Below, in pieces: positions 9,589 to 19,867 of a DNA stretch of 64,000 nucleotides (position 1 is the stretch's first letter; each line of letters begins with the position of its first letter). Where the stretch lies: contig OY969724.1 in assembly GCA_963702205.1 (NCBI GenBank), positions 1,408,001 to 1,472,000 of the forward strand, given 5' to 3'. The stretch comes from an uncultured candidate division Zixibacteria bacterium (GTDB lineage: Bacteria > Zixibacteria > MSB-5A5 > GN15 > PGXB01). Under the pieces are notes generated by a model. That model searched no databases. It saw only the letters and a program-made list of their open reading frames with translations, and was not told where the DNA came from. The position numbers and the translations under genes are program-made.

Positions 9589-11316
9589 ATGTTTATGAAA
9601 AGTGGATATGTTAAACCTGGCTTTCTAATCGGTATCGTGCTCGTTCTGATCGGTGTATTCGGCTGCAGTTCCGGCATGGAAGAAATGTCCGTGGCCACCG
9701 TCAATGGCGACAAAATTCTGGCCCGGGATATAAACGATATTTTTACACGCAACAATATGACCTTCGGAAGTTTCGACGAGGAACTCCAGGCCCGCAAAGA
9801 TATCCTCGACAGCCTGATTATCCAACAGTTGTTTATCCAGGAAGCCTATCGCCGCCATATGGATAAAATGGATGAGGTCAATCGCATCGTACTCGACAGC
9901 CGCGAGAAATTCCTCCTCGACATTCTTTACCAGCGCGAAATAAACGACAAAATTATCATTACCGACCAGGAACTGCACGACCTTTATGATAAAGAAGAAT
10001 ATAAAATCAGCGCTTCTCATATATTGTTGGGCACCGAAGACTCGGCCAAAATGGTCCTGGACAGTTTGAAAAACGGCGGCAATTTCGAAGACCTGGCTAT
10101 TTCTTATTCCAAAGACCCGACCACGTCCAAAAATCGCGGCCAGCTGGGTTATTTCGATTACGCCTCCAAGGACCGTCAGTTTGCCGATTATGCCTTCCGC
10201 CTCAATCCCGGCGAAATCAGTGAACCGTTCAAGACACGCTACGGCTGGCATATCGTCAAAGTCGATGATCGTGTCCCCAACGAAGAACGACGCGGATTCG
10301 AGGAGGAAAAGGCCGGTTTGAGGCGGTCTCTTGAAGTTAATAAAAGGATGGACCTGATCGAGCAATATTCCAATGAACTGAAAGAAAAATACCCGGTCAA
10401 GGTCGAAAAAGACGTCTGCGACTATATCATTCATCGCCTGGAGACGATGTATCCTCCGCAGGTTCTGAAAACCCTGCCCAAAAGTGATTTTGACCTGAGC
10501 CAGCTCGACCGCGATGAAAAGGAAATGGTCCTGGCCACGTGGGATGGAGGTCAGATGACGCTGGGGCAGTACCTGGTGGAATCCAAGAAACTCGCCCAGG
10601 CCATTTTGCCGCCATTCAGCGACTACGATTCTATCGGGGTAATCATTTTCAATCTGAGAATAGACAATATCCTGGGCACTGAAGCGCGGAAACTGGGTCT
10701 CGAAGACGATCCGTTGTTCAAGTATAAAGTGAAACGCTTCAAAGAGCTGACCATGGCCGATATTTTCGAAAACGATTCGCTTCCATTCGGCACGCCGCCG
10801 GACGACGGCGTGGTGCGTCAGTATTATGAAGACCATGAATCGGATTATGTCACCCCGGCCAAAGTGCATTTGTTCGAGATTTATGTGTCCGATTTTACCG
10901 AGGCCAAACGTATCAAGAAATCGCTTATATCGCTAAAGCAGTTCAAGGAAGCCGCGGCCAAATATACGGAACGTCCCGGCAAACGAGCCACCTCGGGTGA
11001 TCTCGGTTACATATCCGAGAAGCAGTACCCCGATCTTTTCAGGGCCGCCCAAAACTCCAGCGTCGGTGATATAGCGGGGCCGCTGGGCCTCGGCGGCGGC
11101 AAGTTCTCCATCATCTATGTAGCCGACAAGCAGGCGGAAGAGGTATCTGATTTTCTGACGGTCAAAGAAAAAATACGGCGGCAACTGACGATGGAACAGC
11201 GGACGAAGGTCAGGAACGACTGGATTGCCGCTCAAAAGAAAAAGTCACAGATAAAAATTTACGAAAGCAATCTGAGATCGACCATAGACAAATCGAAGTA
11301 CGGGCCGGTCAGCTAA
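9589..11316 (+). CDS. Parvulin-type peptidyl-prolyl isomerase lipoprotein (two PpiC domains)
   Basis: Lipobox VFGC; ASHILL, FEDLAISYSKD, GQLG, KTRYGWHIVK. Confidence 0.88.
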   Translation: MFMKSGYVKPGFLIGIVLVLIGVFGCSSGMEEMSVATVNGDKILARDINDIFTRNNMTFGSFDEELQARKDILDSLIIQQLFIQEAYRRHMDKMDEVNRIVLDSREKFLLDILYQREINDKIIITDQELHDLYDKEEYKISASHILLGTEDSAKMVLDSLKNGGNFEDLAISYSKDPTTSKNRGQLGYFDYASKDRQFADYAFRLNPGEISEPFKTRYGWHIVKVDDRVPNEERRGFEEEKAGLRRSLEVNKRMDLIEQYSNELKEKYPVKVEKDVCDYIIHRLETMYPPQVLKTLPKSDFDLSQLDRDEKEMVLATWDGGQMTLGQYLVESKKLAQAILPPFSDYDSIGVIIFNLRIDNILGTEARKLGLEDDPLFKYKVKRFKELTMADIFENDSLPFGTPPDDGVVRQYYEDHESDYVTPAKVHLFEIYVSDFTEAKRIKKSLISLKQFKEAAAKYTERPGKRATSGDLGYISEKQYPDLFRAAQNSSVGDIAGPLGLGGGKFSIIYVADKQAEEVSDFLTVKEKIRRQLTMEQRTKVRNDWIAAQKKKSQIKIYESNLRSTIDKSKYGPVS

Positions 11317-11332
11317 AACAGGGATGTAAGCT

Positions 11333-12628
11333 GTGTTTCAAAAAATAGTGTTTTCTATATTAGGGCTGGTTATCGGACTGGCTCCGGCCGCGTTTTCGGC
11401 CGAGCCGCTGGAGCGGATAGTGGCCGTGGTCGGCAACGAGCCGATTCTTCTGTCAGAACTGGCTCTTCAGATGCAGCTTTTGGCGATCAATCAGGGAGTT
11501 CGCCCCAAAAACGAGCAGGAACTGGAAGATCTCCAGAAACAGGTTCTGGATCAAATGGTATCCGAGCAATTGTTCCTGATTGAGGCTAAAAGCGATACGA
11601 CCATAAACATATCAACCGCCGATATCGATCGGGCCCTCGATGAACGCGTCGCCTCGATCGCATCGCAGTATCCGTCGGAAGACGCTTTTCTCGATGAACT
11701 GAACGGGGAAGGGATGAATCTCCGGGCTTTCAAGAAACGCCTGCGGCCGGAAATCGAGAATCAACTTTACAAGCAGAGCTGGATTTCGAACAAGTTGAGA
11801 GATATTTCCATTTCGCGAAAGGAAGTGGTCGATTTCTATAATAAGTACACCGATTCGATCCCGACTCAACCGGCCATGGTCCGATTATCCCATATTCTGC
11901 TTAAATTCGAGCCGTCGAAAGCTACCGAAGATTCTATTAAGCAACTGGCCGAGACGGTCCGCAAAAATGTCTCCGGCGGGGCCGACTTCGCCTCGATGGC
12001 TATCAAGTATTCCAATGGTCCGGCGGCCCTGTCAGGAGGCGACCTCGGGTTTTTGTCGCAGGACGACGTTCTCCCCAAATTCGGACGTACCGCTTTCAGT
12101 CTTCAGCCGGGCGATATCTCCGGCGTCGTCCAGACCGAGGCGGGTCTTCATATCATAAAATGCATCGAAAAAATTGGTGAGCGAGCCCATTTGCAGCAAA
12201 TTTTGTTTGCCATCAATCCGACCGCCGCCGATTCCCAAAAGACCTATTATCTGGCTGATTCGCTTTTGAAAGCAATCAACAACGGGGCCGATTTCAAGGA
12301 AATTGCCAAAACTTATTCCGCCGACGATGATTCCCGCAAGCAGGGTGGCGAACTGGGCTGGTTCCCGATTAAGGAGCTGCCGCCGGTATTTGCCGAAGCC
12401 ATCGAGAAATTCAAGGATACCGGTGACGTGGTCGGGCCGGTCAAATCCGAGTATGGACTTCACATCCTCAAACTCCTCGATCGACAGGATGCGCGGACGC
12501 TAACACTCAAAGATGATTACGATGCCATCAAGGAGATGGCCCGTCAGGCCAAGACCAGCGAGTATGTCGACAAATGGGTTGCAGAAATTCGTGAAAAAAC
12601 CTATGTCGATATTCGTCCCCTGAACTGA
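11333..12628 (+). CDS. surA: SurA-like periplasmic chaperone/PPIase
   Basis: ERIVAVVGNEPILLSEL N-domain plus two parvulin domains. Confidence 0.85.
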   Translation: MFQKIVFSILGLVIGLAPAAFSAEPLERIVAVVGNEPILLSELALQMQLLAINQGVRPKNEQELEDLQKQVLDQMVSEQLFLIEAKSDTTINISTADIDRALDERVASIASQYPSEDAFLDELNGEGMNLRAFKKRLRPEIENQLYKQSWISNKLRDISISRKEVVDFYNKYTDSIPTQPAMVRLSHILLKFEPSKATEDSIKQLAETVRKNVSGGADFASMAIKYSNGPAALSGGDLGFLSQDDVLPKFGRTAFSLQPGDISGVVQTEAGLHIIKCIEKIGERAHLQQILFAINPTAADSQKTYYLADSLLKAINNGADFKEIAKTYSADDDSRKQGGELGWFPIKELPPVFAEAIEKFKDTGDVVGPVKSEYGLHILKLLDRQDARTLTLKDDYDAIKEMARQAKTSEYVDKWVAEIREKTYVDIRPLN

Positions 12629-12637
12629 TCGAAATAT

Positions 12638-12895
12638 ATGCGACTCGATTTATTTCTCTGCAAAACCGGGATAATAAAGCGCCGGACACTGGCTAAAGAA
12701 ATAGCCGATTCCGGCATGGTTAAAGTCAATTCCCAGAAAGCCAAACCGGGGCGCGAAATTAGCGAACGGGATGTTATCGAAATCGGCGGCAACCGGGCGA
12801 TAGCGGTCGAAGTATTGAAAGTCCCGACCGGGAGTGTCCGCAAGGAAGATCGCGAAAAATATTACCGGGTTTTGAGCGGATCAAATAGCGCTTGA
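12638..12895 (+). CDS. S4-domain RNA-binding protein (Hsp15/RqcP-like)
   Basis: MRLDLFL...IIKRRTLAKE...G.VKVN..KAKPG. Confidence 0.9.
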   Translation: MRLDLFLCKTGIIKRRTLAKEIADSGMVKVNSQKAKPGREISERDVIEIGGNRAIAVEVLKVPTGSVRKEDREKYYRVLSGSNSA

Positions 12896-12999
12896 GTTTT
12901 TGACATAACCTCTTATATTATTTTGCTCAGGCCGGGAGGGTATGCGCCTCGGGCTGGATAATAACATAGATATAAAAAGCTTAATCGGGAGAATATGCG

Positions 13000-13338
13000 A
13001 TGAAAATGCAGGATGAGGTCAAGGGAAACGCGGCAATAATTCATCTTGAAGGCAAAGTAATGGGCGGACCGGACGCGACCATGTTCCACGGCAAGCTTCA
13101 CGAATTGGTCAGCGGCAACAAAAAGCAGGTTGTGGTTGACTTGGCCAAAGTGGAATGGATGAGTTCGGTTGGGCTGGGAATGCTCATTTCGGCCCTGACG
13201 ACCGTCAAAAATGCCGGCGGCGAGCTCAAGCTGGCTAATGTCACCGAAAGCATCAAATCGCTTCTGACCATAACGCGACTGGTGACGATTTTCGAGACGC
13301 ACGATAGTGTCGATGCCGCGATAGCATCGTTCAAATAG
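13000..13338 (+). CDS. STAS-domain anti-sigma factor antagonist
   Basis: VVDLAKVEWMSSVGLGMLI motif. Confidence 0.92.
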   Translation: MKMQDEVKGNAAIIHLEGKVMGGPDATMFHGKLHELVSGNKKQVVVDLAKVEWMSSVGLGMLISALTTVKNAGGELKLANVTESIKSLLTITRLVTIFETHDSVDAAIASFK

Positions 13339-13360
13339 TCAAATCGACATTTATTAAAAT

Positions 13361-13395
13361 AAAAAAGGCAGGCTTAAACGACCTGCCTTTTTTAA
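13361..13395. terminator. Bidirectional terminator, copy 1 of a direct repeat
   Basis: AAAAAAGGCAGGCTTAAACGACCTGCCTTTTTT. Confidence 0.8.
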
Positions 13396-13405
13396 GTTGG
13401 TCTCA

Positions 13406-15255
13406 TCAATAGCCGTTATAATTAAAACAAATTGGTGGTTCCTCGCCGTCTTCATATAAATACCCTATTAAATAAAGCAAATCCAGCAGATTAATATTTC
13501 CATCGCAATTGGCATCACCCAGAATTGGGTGAGGTGTCGGAGCATATCCTTCATAATAAATATAATCATATAACCATAACCAGTCGGTCAGATTTATGGT
13601 TTTGTCATTGTTGACATCGCCTCGGCTTACCGACAACAGAGCCTTGTATGCATTGACTTGACCGTAGCCATAATTGAAATCAGGCGGCTTTATCGTAATT
13701 TCGCCCCAAATTGTATCGGCTGAGGATCGAAGTCTCTCATATACTTGTTCGGAAGTTAAATCCGGGCGGCGGGAGAGAACTAACGCTGCTGTCCCGGTAA
13801 CAATAGGGGCAGCCATTGATGTTTGCCCGGCCTAGCAAAAATAATTAATATTGTTATTATTGGGGGGACAACCTGGCCTATAAATGTCAGGATTTGCGCC
13901 CAGACTACCCATGCGATCTATGGTCCATGTGTCGCCTTCCGAACTTGTCGCAACTAAATCCAACGAATCCCCATAACAGCTGCTTAACAATAAATAACCG
14001 TCTTCGTTGACGGCTGCAACGGCCAATGCGGACGATAGGTATTTCGGGAATCGTAATTCATGACAAGCGCCCCCATTCCATTTCCGGCGGAAAATACAAT
14101 TACCGCTCCGAGGCCATTCCGCCCGTATTGATACAAAAAGTCAAATACATTTGTTATGTTGTCGTATACCCCTCCATTGAGGCTATAGCTGTTATTCAGT
14201 ATATCAACACCGGTCGAATAAGCGTACAACAATGCAGTTTCCAATTTGGATATATCAACATACTCGTAATATCCAACGCCGAGTATCCTTATAGGTACAA
14301 TAGAACATTCCGGTGCAATCCCCACAGTTGAATACGTCCCACCTTTTGGATTGATAGTATCTGGCATATCATTATTGTGACGAGCAAAAATAGCTCCGGC
14401 TACGGCCATACCGTGAATTTCATAATGGTCGTTTGGGCTTGGGTCGGTATCTCCGTCTCGTGCATCGTAACCTTGAAGCATTTTGTTCGTATCCAAATCC
14501 TCATGGTCTTCAATCCCAGTATCAAGGATAGCGACCTTTATGCGGGGTTCTTCAGCCGTAATTTCCCAACAATCGTTATAGTAATTGCCATAATCTATCG
14601 CCGCCTTAATATTATATTGATAGGCATAATATTCATCTATAATCTGATAACTGTCGGGGATGATTCTTATTAAGAAGTTAGGGTGGCAAAATTGCACAAA
14701 ACCCGTTCCATACAAATCATTGCATACATCGACAATAAAACTCTCCGTTTCGTCCGTTACTCTCAATACATACTCATTGCCTAAGACCGAATTCGTGTCC
14801 ACGATATTAAGATGATAATAATCGATCAAGCTGTCAATCAATCCCTGTGCCGTTCCAGGCGCAAACATGCAGATTAATTCGTCAAGCGTGAATATCGGAA
14901 TCGTGTCGTCGAACAACGCAACCGGATGCAGGAATTCAACCGATTCCTGACTCGCAAGTGACTCAAGAATAGAATCATAAATGTAATTGCCCTGGATACT
15001 AAACAACCCGAAACCCTTATGCTCGGCAAAGATCGTATCGAATTCCATTTCAGGATAAAGATTATTAATATAGTTAAAACCCTGTGCCGGTGGGACCCCG
15101 TCAAATTTCAACAACAACCTTGAAGTGTCGACCTGCATGTAAATTTCCGCTCCGTTAGAATAATAATACAGACTGTCTGCAGACGCCGCTGCATTTTGGC
15201 CGCACGCGATAACTCCCAATGCGATTGCACACGCAATAATAATGAACCTCTGCAT
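13406..15255 (-). pseudogene. Secreted S8 (subtilisin-like) protease with C-terminal dockerin-like domain; frameshift plus in-frame TAG
   Basis: ILDTG, HGMAVAG, SAGN and TSMAAP motifs across three ORFs; frameshift near 14070-14082; TAG at 13832-13834. Confidence 0.85.
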
Positions 15256-15270
15256 CTCGCCCCCCCTGAA

Positions 15271-16362
15271 TTAATTCGCTAAATTAAAGGCATCTATATA
15301 AAACCTGTCGTCCTCAGGCGAATATACAATATCTTTAAATTCGTAGTTCGGGATATCCACAAGTGCAAAAACGTAAGTAGGATCGATTCCGCTTGAAACC
15401 AGAAGAGCGTAACGGCTGTCGGGGGTGATGCAAAAATGTCCGGGGTCGAACCCGGAAATAGACTGCCCTGAAATACAGTAACCGGCGCTTAATATTTTAT
15501 TCACACGTTGAGTGGCCAAATCAATAAAGATAATTTGTTGCAATGATGGGTCGCCGAAAACGTTGGAATGGTCCGTGAGTATCAACTGGCTTTCGTCGGG
15601 CGTTATCGCGATTTCGCCGGCGCCGGGGCCGACCGGGTAGTATAATCCGACCGAATCGGATGCTGGGTAGTACGAAATCAGGTATTTGTTGTATATAGTG
15701 CCATAACTGACGATCATGAATATTGTGGTTCCGTCAGAAGATGGTTGAATGCGGAAAATACCCGGGGGTGCATAAGGTGGGTCAACGAGCACTATTTCAA
15801 CGTACAGGCTTTCGCCGACCATGTCATATATCCTAATATGGTTTGTACTCGTAAACGTATAAAATCTGCTGTCATCCGGCAGAAAACGCCCCTGATATGT
15901 ATTTATTAAATCGCTGAATATGACGTTGTATGTCTCGCCGTCAAGAAAAACAAGGCTGTCATCGTCCAGCAAAGCGATATACCTGCCGGTGTTGGAAACC
16001 ACTATATTGCCCTCAAGGGGCCTGGAAGTAATCCTCAGCATGGTTGACCAATCATAAACAACAAAAGTATCCGGCACACCTTGAGTTTGCTTGGTTATCA
16101 GTAATTGATTTCCGTCGGTCGATACAGAGGCGCTTGACTATAAATGATCCAGTTCTACGGAATCGACAATTGTCTTTTCCCTGGTATTATAGACGTAAAA
16201 TCGGGGTGCTTGGGCGTGAGGGCTGGATAACACAATATTATAATCGGATATGGTTTCATTGTCTCCGGGGCAATTCGGGCACTTTTCATTGCAAGATACC
16301 GTGAAAAAGTAAATCAGTGAAATTACGATAATAAATCCGGCGATAAATCCTGACTTATGCAT
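15271..16362 (-). pseudogene. Beta-propeller (YncE-like) lipoprotein with in-frame TAG
   Basis: GGGAGG RBS, lipobox TVSC; the frame continues through TAG (16138-16140) into SVSTDGNQLLI, VSNTGRYIA, ITPDESQL, ITPDSRYA blades. Confidence 0.75.
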
Positions 16363-16520
16363 AAGAAACCTCCCATGTTTCAATTCATACTGTAATTCCA
16401 CCGTAATCCGATGGTTAAATATATGCATTTGGCTTCTATTTGTCTATTGATAGTACTGAGAGCCTTTATTCATTCTGTCTTCCATCTGCGCATACATTCG
16501 TTTTGATACAAAATATTGAA

Positions 16521-16556
16521 AAAAAAAGCAGGCTTAAACGACCTGCCTTTTTTTAA
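16521..16556. terminator. Terminator, copy 2 of the direct repeat
   Basis: Same GCAGGCTTAAACGACCTGCCTTTTTT hairpin as at 13361. Confidence 0.8.
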
Positions 16557-16570
16557 TGGGTGCCTATTGT

Positions 16571-19549
16571 CTATTCCAGAAGACACGGTGGCGGCCCGGG
16601 CGGATCACCATAGACATGGTCGATCAAGTACAATATGTCAATCAGGTTAAGTACCCGGTCGCAGTTGGCGTCACCAGAGAGATAGGGCTCGGGGCAGGTT
16701 ACGTCGCCTGAGCCGTAGATACAGTCGATCAGAAGCAGTATATCGAGCAGATTGTACGTTTTATCCCCGTTGGCATCACCGTTTTCATAATGATAGCTTT
16801 CTTCGACCACGTAACCGATTGTGTCGGTCGTCCCCGAGGCCGGGACATTGGCATTTTCGACCTGTATGCATTCCATAGACCCGTCGATTCTGATCCCGAT
16901 GCTGTAAATCGCTCCCGGCGGAGCGCCTTCCTCGGGCAGGACGATTATAATATAGTCGCCGTTGAGCGGGTAAGTAATATTGACCGAATCATTGGGAGCT
17001 TCATCATAGGTTGCATCCCCAACGGTATTGAAAGGTGTTCCGTCTTCACTTTTGCCGATCGAATCCCCGGCCGGGTCGATAACCTTGAGGTTAATTGGGG
17101 AATAACCGACAATAATCAACGGCGCCTGATCGAGTGTTATATTGGCCGAAAATTCGGACGTATTGCCGTCGACGTCGATTGCCGTAAATGTAATATCTGA
17201 AAACATCGGAAACTCTTTGGCGACTTTATAATTAAAATTACCCACGCTGTCCGTGTTAGCGAACCCGAGATATTCATAGGCCTCACCATAACCGGATATA
17301 TCGGCCACTCTTATCGTGTCGTCGGCAGGGTGAGACAGGAATGCCTCCACTCTGGCGCCGACTTCGGCCGTGCCGTAGACTACAAATGTACTATCGGATG
17401 TATCGTAACGCACCGAATCCACTTCGGGGAAATTAAGCAGGTCGTTGGGGCCGGAGTCGCCGTCGCCGATGTCGTTGAACGTAACGCCGTCGTCGGCGAG
17501 GTCTATCCCCAGATCGCCATTCATGTAAATATGATTGCGGGTGATTTCATTAAGACGGCTGTTGATCACGACGGAGATACCATCGTTAGCATTAAATGCG
17601 ATTATATTGGAATCGACCAGATTGCCGTCGCAGTTGAAGTCGATGACGAGACCATTATCCAGATTACCCTGGTCCGGGAATGCAAAATCACCGCCAATAC
17701 GGTTGCCGATTACCTGGTTTGAATCGGAATTGGCGTAAATATTTATACCGTTCTGGCCGTTATTATAGATTTTATTGCCTTTGTCCGGACTTCTTCCTCC
17801 GATTCGATTGTGGTTCGGCCCGCTGGTGAGAAGAATTCCGTCTGCCCCGTTTTCATGTATTTCATTGCCGATAATTATATTGCTGTCCGCACCGATGGTC
17901 ATGTATATGCCTTGATCGGTACAATACGACACGTTATTGTACGGCCCTATTATATTGTGTCTGGAGGTCTGCGAAAAATTTATGCCAAGGGTATTTGAAT
18001 TTATCCCGCTCGGCGTGATCCCGATATCATTATTACAAATTTCATTATTATTGCTGTTGTCAACCCAAATGGCATACTGCTGATCGCCAATTATATTCGG
18101 ATCATAAAGCGTATCCCCGATGTAATTATTATCCGCAAGATATAGCGAAATCCCGGTGGCGTGGGCCGTGTTTAATAATTGACCGCCTGAAGCACTGATT
18201 CCGATAAAATTACCGTATATCCGGTTGTACTGTCCACTACTGATTATAACGGCCTCTGCGCCGTCACCCGGCGCAATAACGTTTTTGTCGGCATGTAACG
18301 GTCCCCCGATTGTGTTATAACTGCCGGCTATATAAATTCCTTTACTGCCCGAAACGGCCTCAAGAACCGCTCCGTTGGAGCTGACATTTATAAAGCAGTT
18401 AACAACTGTATTGTAGTCCCCGTTGATGAGAATACTCGCGGGAGCCCAGTTATTTATGGTTAATCCCTCTATGACGCAATTGTCGCCGTTAATCGTAATG
18501 CCGGACGAAACTGGTACAAGAGAACCATCGATTACAATGCTATGGGCACCGCTTAAAGCAGTCGAACCCATGATCACGGTGCCATCGTCGACCAGGGGGG
18601 TCAACTCAGCCGAAAGATTAATCGTCCCCGAGACATCGAAAATTATCGTGTCCGGGCCTGTATTAGTATTAGCAGCCTCTATCGCCCAGCGCAGGCTGTT
18701 GGTGCCGGCGTCGTCGAGATTTAGGACTTCGATCGGAACGTCCGGCGCGCAGGTGGAAAATTCCGGTAATATAAACGACCCTATCGACCCCAGGAAAAGA
18801 CACTCTCCGCCGGGCGGGACGAAAGCCGTATCCAGGTCGATCTCCTGGTCAATCGGCCCGCCTAAAATTTGAGCGTTGAGGGTAAACAACAGACCGCCCG
18901 ATTGAGGTGACAAGAGGGGCTGGGTCATGACTATGTAGGCGACCCAACCGACCGAGACCTTATTATTGGCAGCGTCGAAATATGACTTCCACATTCCCAT
19001 CTGCGGCGCTATTGAAGAATTCGTGCTTACGGATGTGATTTCTACATCGCTTGATGGATAGTGAAATCCAAACGAAAACGCCCTGAGTGCCGATATGTTG
19101 TCGAGATATACTGGGATGGCAACCGAGTCATCGCCTGAATATGGCGCAAATGGCGCGCAACCTATAGTAATGCCATTCCCCGGCAACGTTGTTTGGCCAG
19201 ACACCACCGTATCCGCGCAGCTTGGGGCGGGGCCCATGTAATACAGGTAGTCGTTGAGATAATTAACGTCGCGGATGTTGATGCGGCCGTAGCCATCCAC
19301 ATTTCCCGAACTTACCGGATTCGGAGCCGGACCTCCAAAAGCGTGGCTGAAAATGAAAGATATGTCCCCCAAATTGATTATGGTGTCATCGTTAGCGTCA
19401 CCGCAGACACCCTTTTCGCCGTCCGACACGGATTGGCCTGCGCCAGAATCGGCGATAGTTACGGCAACATCTTCCTTCTGATCGGCCAGCAAAAATGCCG
19501 GCAAAAGCAGTACAAGAAGCACTACCCGGATTTTCAGCGATATTCTCAT
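16571..19549 (-). CDS. Secreted modular protein: dockerin, cohesin-like module, parallel beta-helix, dockerin
   Basis: GDANDD..INLGDI at the N-terminus and GDANGD..NLLDI/GDANCD..NLIDI at the C-terminus; N.I.GN.IG repeats; GIDL..DG.T.ND..D.D.GPN.LLNFP motif. Confidence 0.8.
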   Translation of the reverse strand: MRISLKIRVVLLVLLLPAFLLADQKEDVAVTIADSGAGQSVSDGEKGVCGDANDDTIINLGDISFIFSHAFGGPAPNPVSSGNVDGYGRINIRDVNYLNDYLYYMGPAPSCADTVVSGQTTLPGNGITIGCAPFAPYSGDDSVAIPVYLDNISALRAFSFGFHYPSSDVEITSVSTNSSIAPQMGMWKSYFDAANNKVSVGWVAYIVMTQPLLSPQSGGLLFTLNAQILGGPIDQEIDLDTAFVPPGGECLFLGSIGSFILPEFSTCAPDVPIEVLNLDDAGTNSLRWAIEAANTNTGPDTIIFDVSGTINLSAELTPLVDDGTVIMGSTALSGAHSIVIDGSLVPVSSGITINGDNCVIEGLTINNWAPASILINGDYNTVVNCFINVSSNGAVLEAVSGSKGIYIAGSYNTIGGPLHADKNVIAPGDGAEAVIISSGQYNRIYGNFIGISASGGQLLNTAHATGISLYLADNNYIGDTLYDPNIIGDQQYAIWVDNSNNNEICNNDIGITPSGINSNTLGINFSQTSRHNIIGPYNNVSYCTDQGIYMTIGADSNIIIGNEIHENGADGILLTSGPNHNRIGGRSPDKGNKIYNNGQNGINIYANSDSNQVIGNRIGGDFAFPDQGNLDNGLVIDFNCDGNLVDSNIIAFNANDGISVVINSRLNEITRNHIYMNGDLGIDLADDGVTFNDIGDGDSGPNDLLNFPEVDSVRYDTSDSTFVVYGTAEVGARVEAFLSHPADDTIRVADISGYGEAYEYLGFANTDSVGNFNYKVAKEFPMFSDITFTAIDVDGNTSEFSANITLDQAPLIIVGYSPINLKVIDPAGDSIGKSEDGTPFNTVGDATYDEAPNDSVNITYPLNGDYIIIVLPEEGAPPGAIYSIGIRIDGSMECIQVENANVPASGTTDTIGYVVEESYHYENGDANGDKTYNLLDILLLIDCIYGSGDVTCPEPYLSGDANCDRVLNLIDILYLIDHVYGDPPGPPPCLLE

Positions 19550-19867
19550 AACCCCTCCCGAATGGTTAATTGCCTTGCATCATATTTTGATTGACGTATA
19601 TCTTCAATTTTTGGGTGTGCTCAGTTCCCAAACCAATTAAAGTCCGAGATAAATTTGTCGGTCAAAGCTGGAAATATAAAAATTGCAGATAACAAAGGAC
19701 TCTTAATCTCTCTTGACGCCTATAAGATAAGCGATTGATGGCATTTGTCAACATGAACCGTCTCGCGCTCGGACAACATTTCCGTTGCTTTTTATTTCAA
19801 AGAGTCTATTTTCGCCATGTGATTTGTGATGCCGACCAAATTAAAACTTTGATAGAATTTGACAACT

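Noticed and set aside
13406..16362. Genome-wide TAG reassignment
   Set aside because: recA, eno, gyrA and rpmG end in TAG at their expected C-termini.
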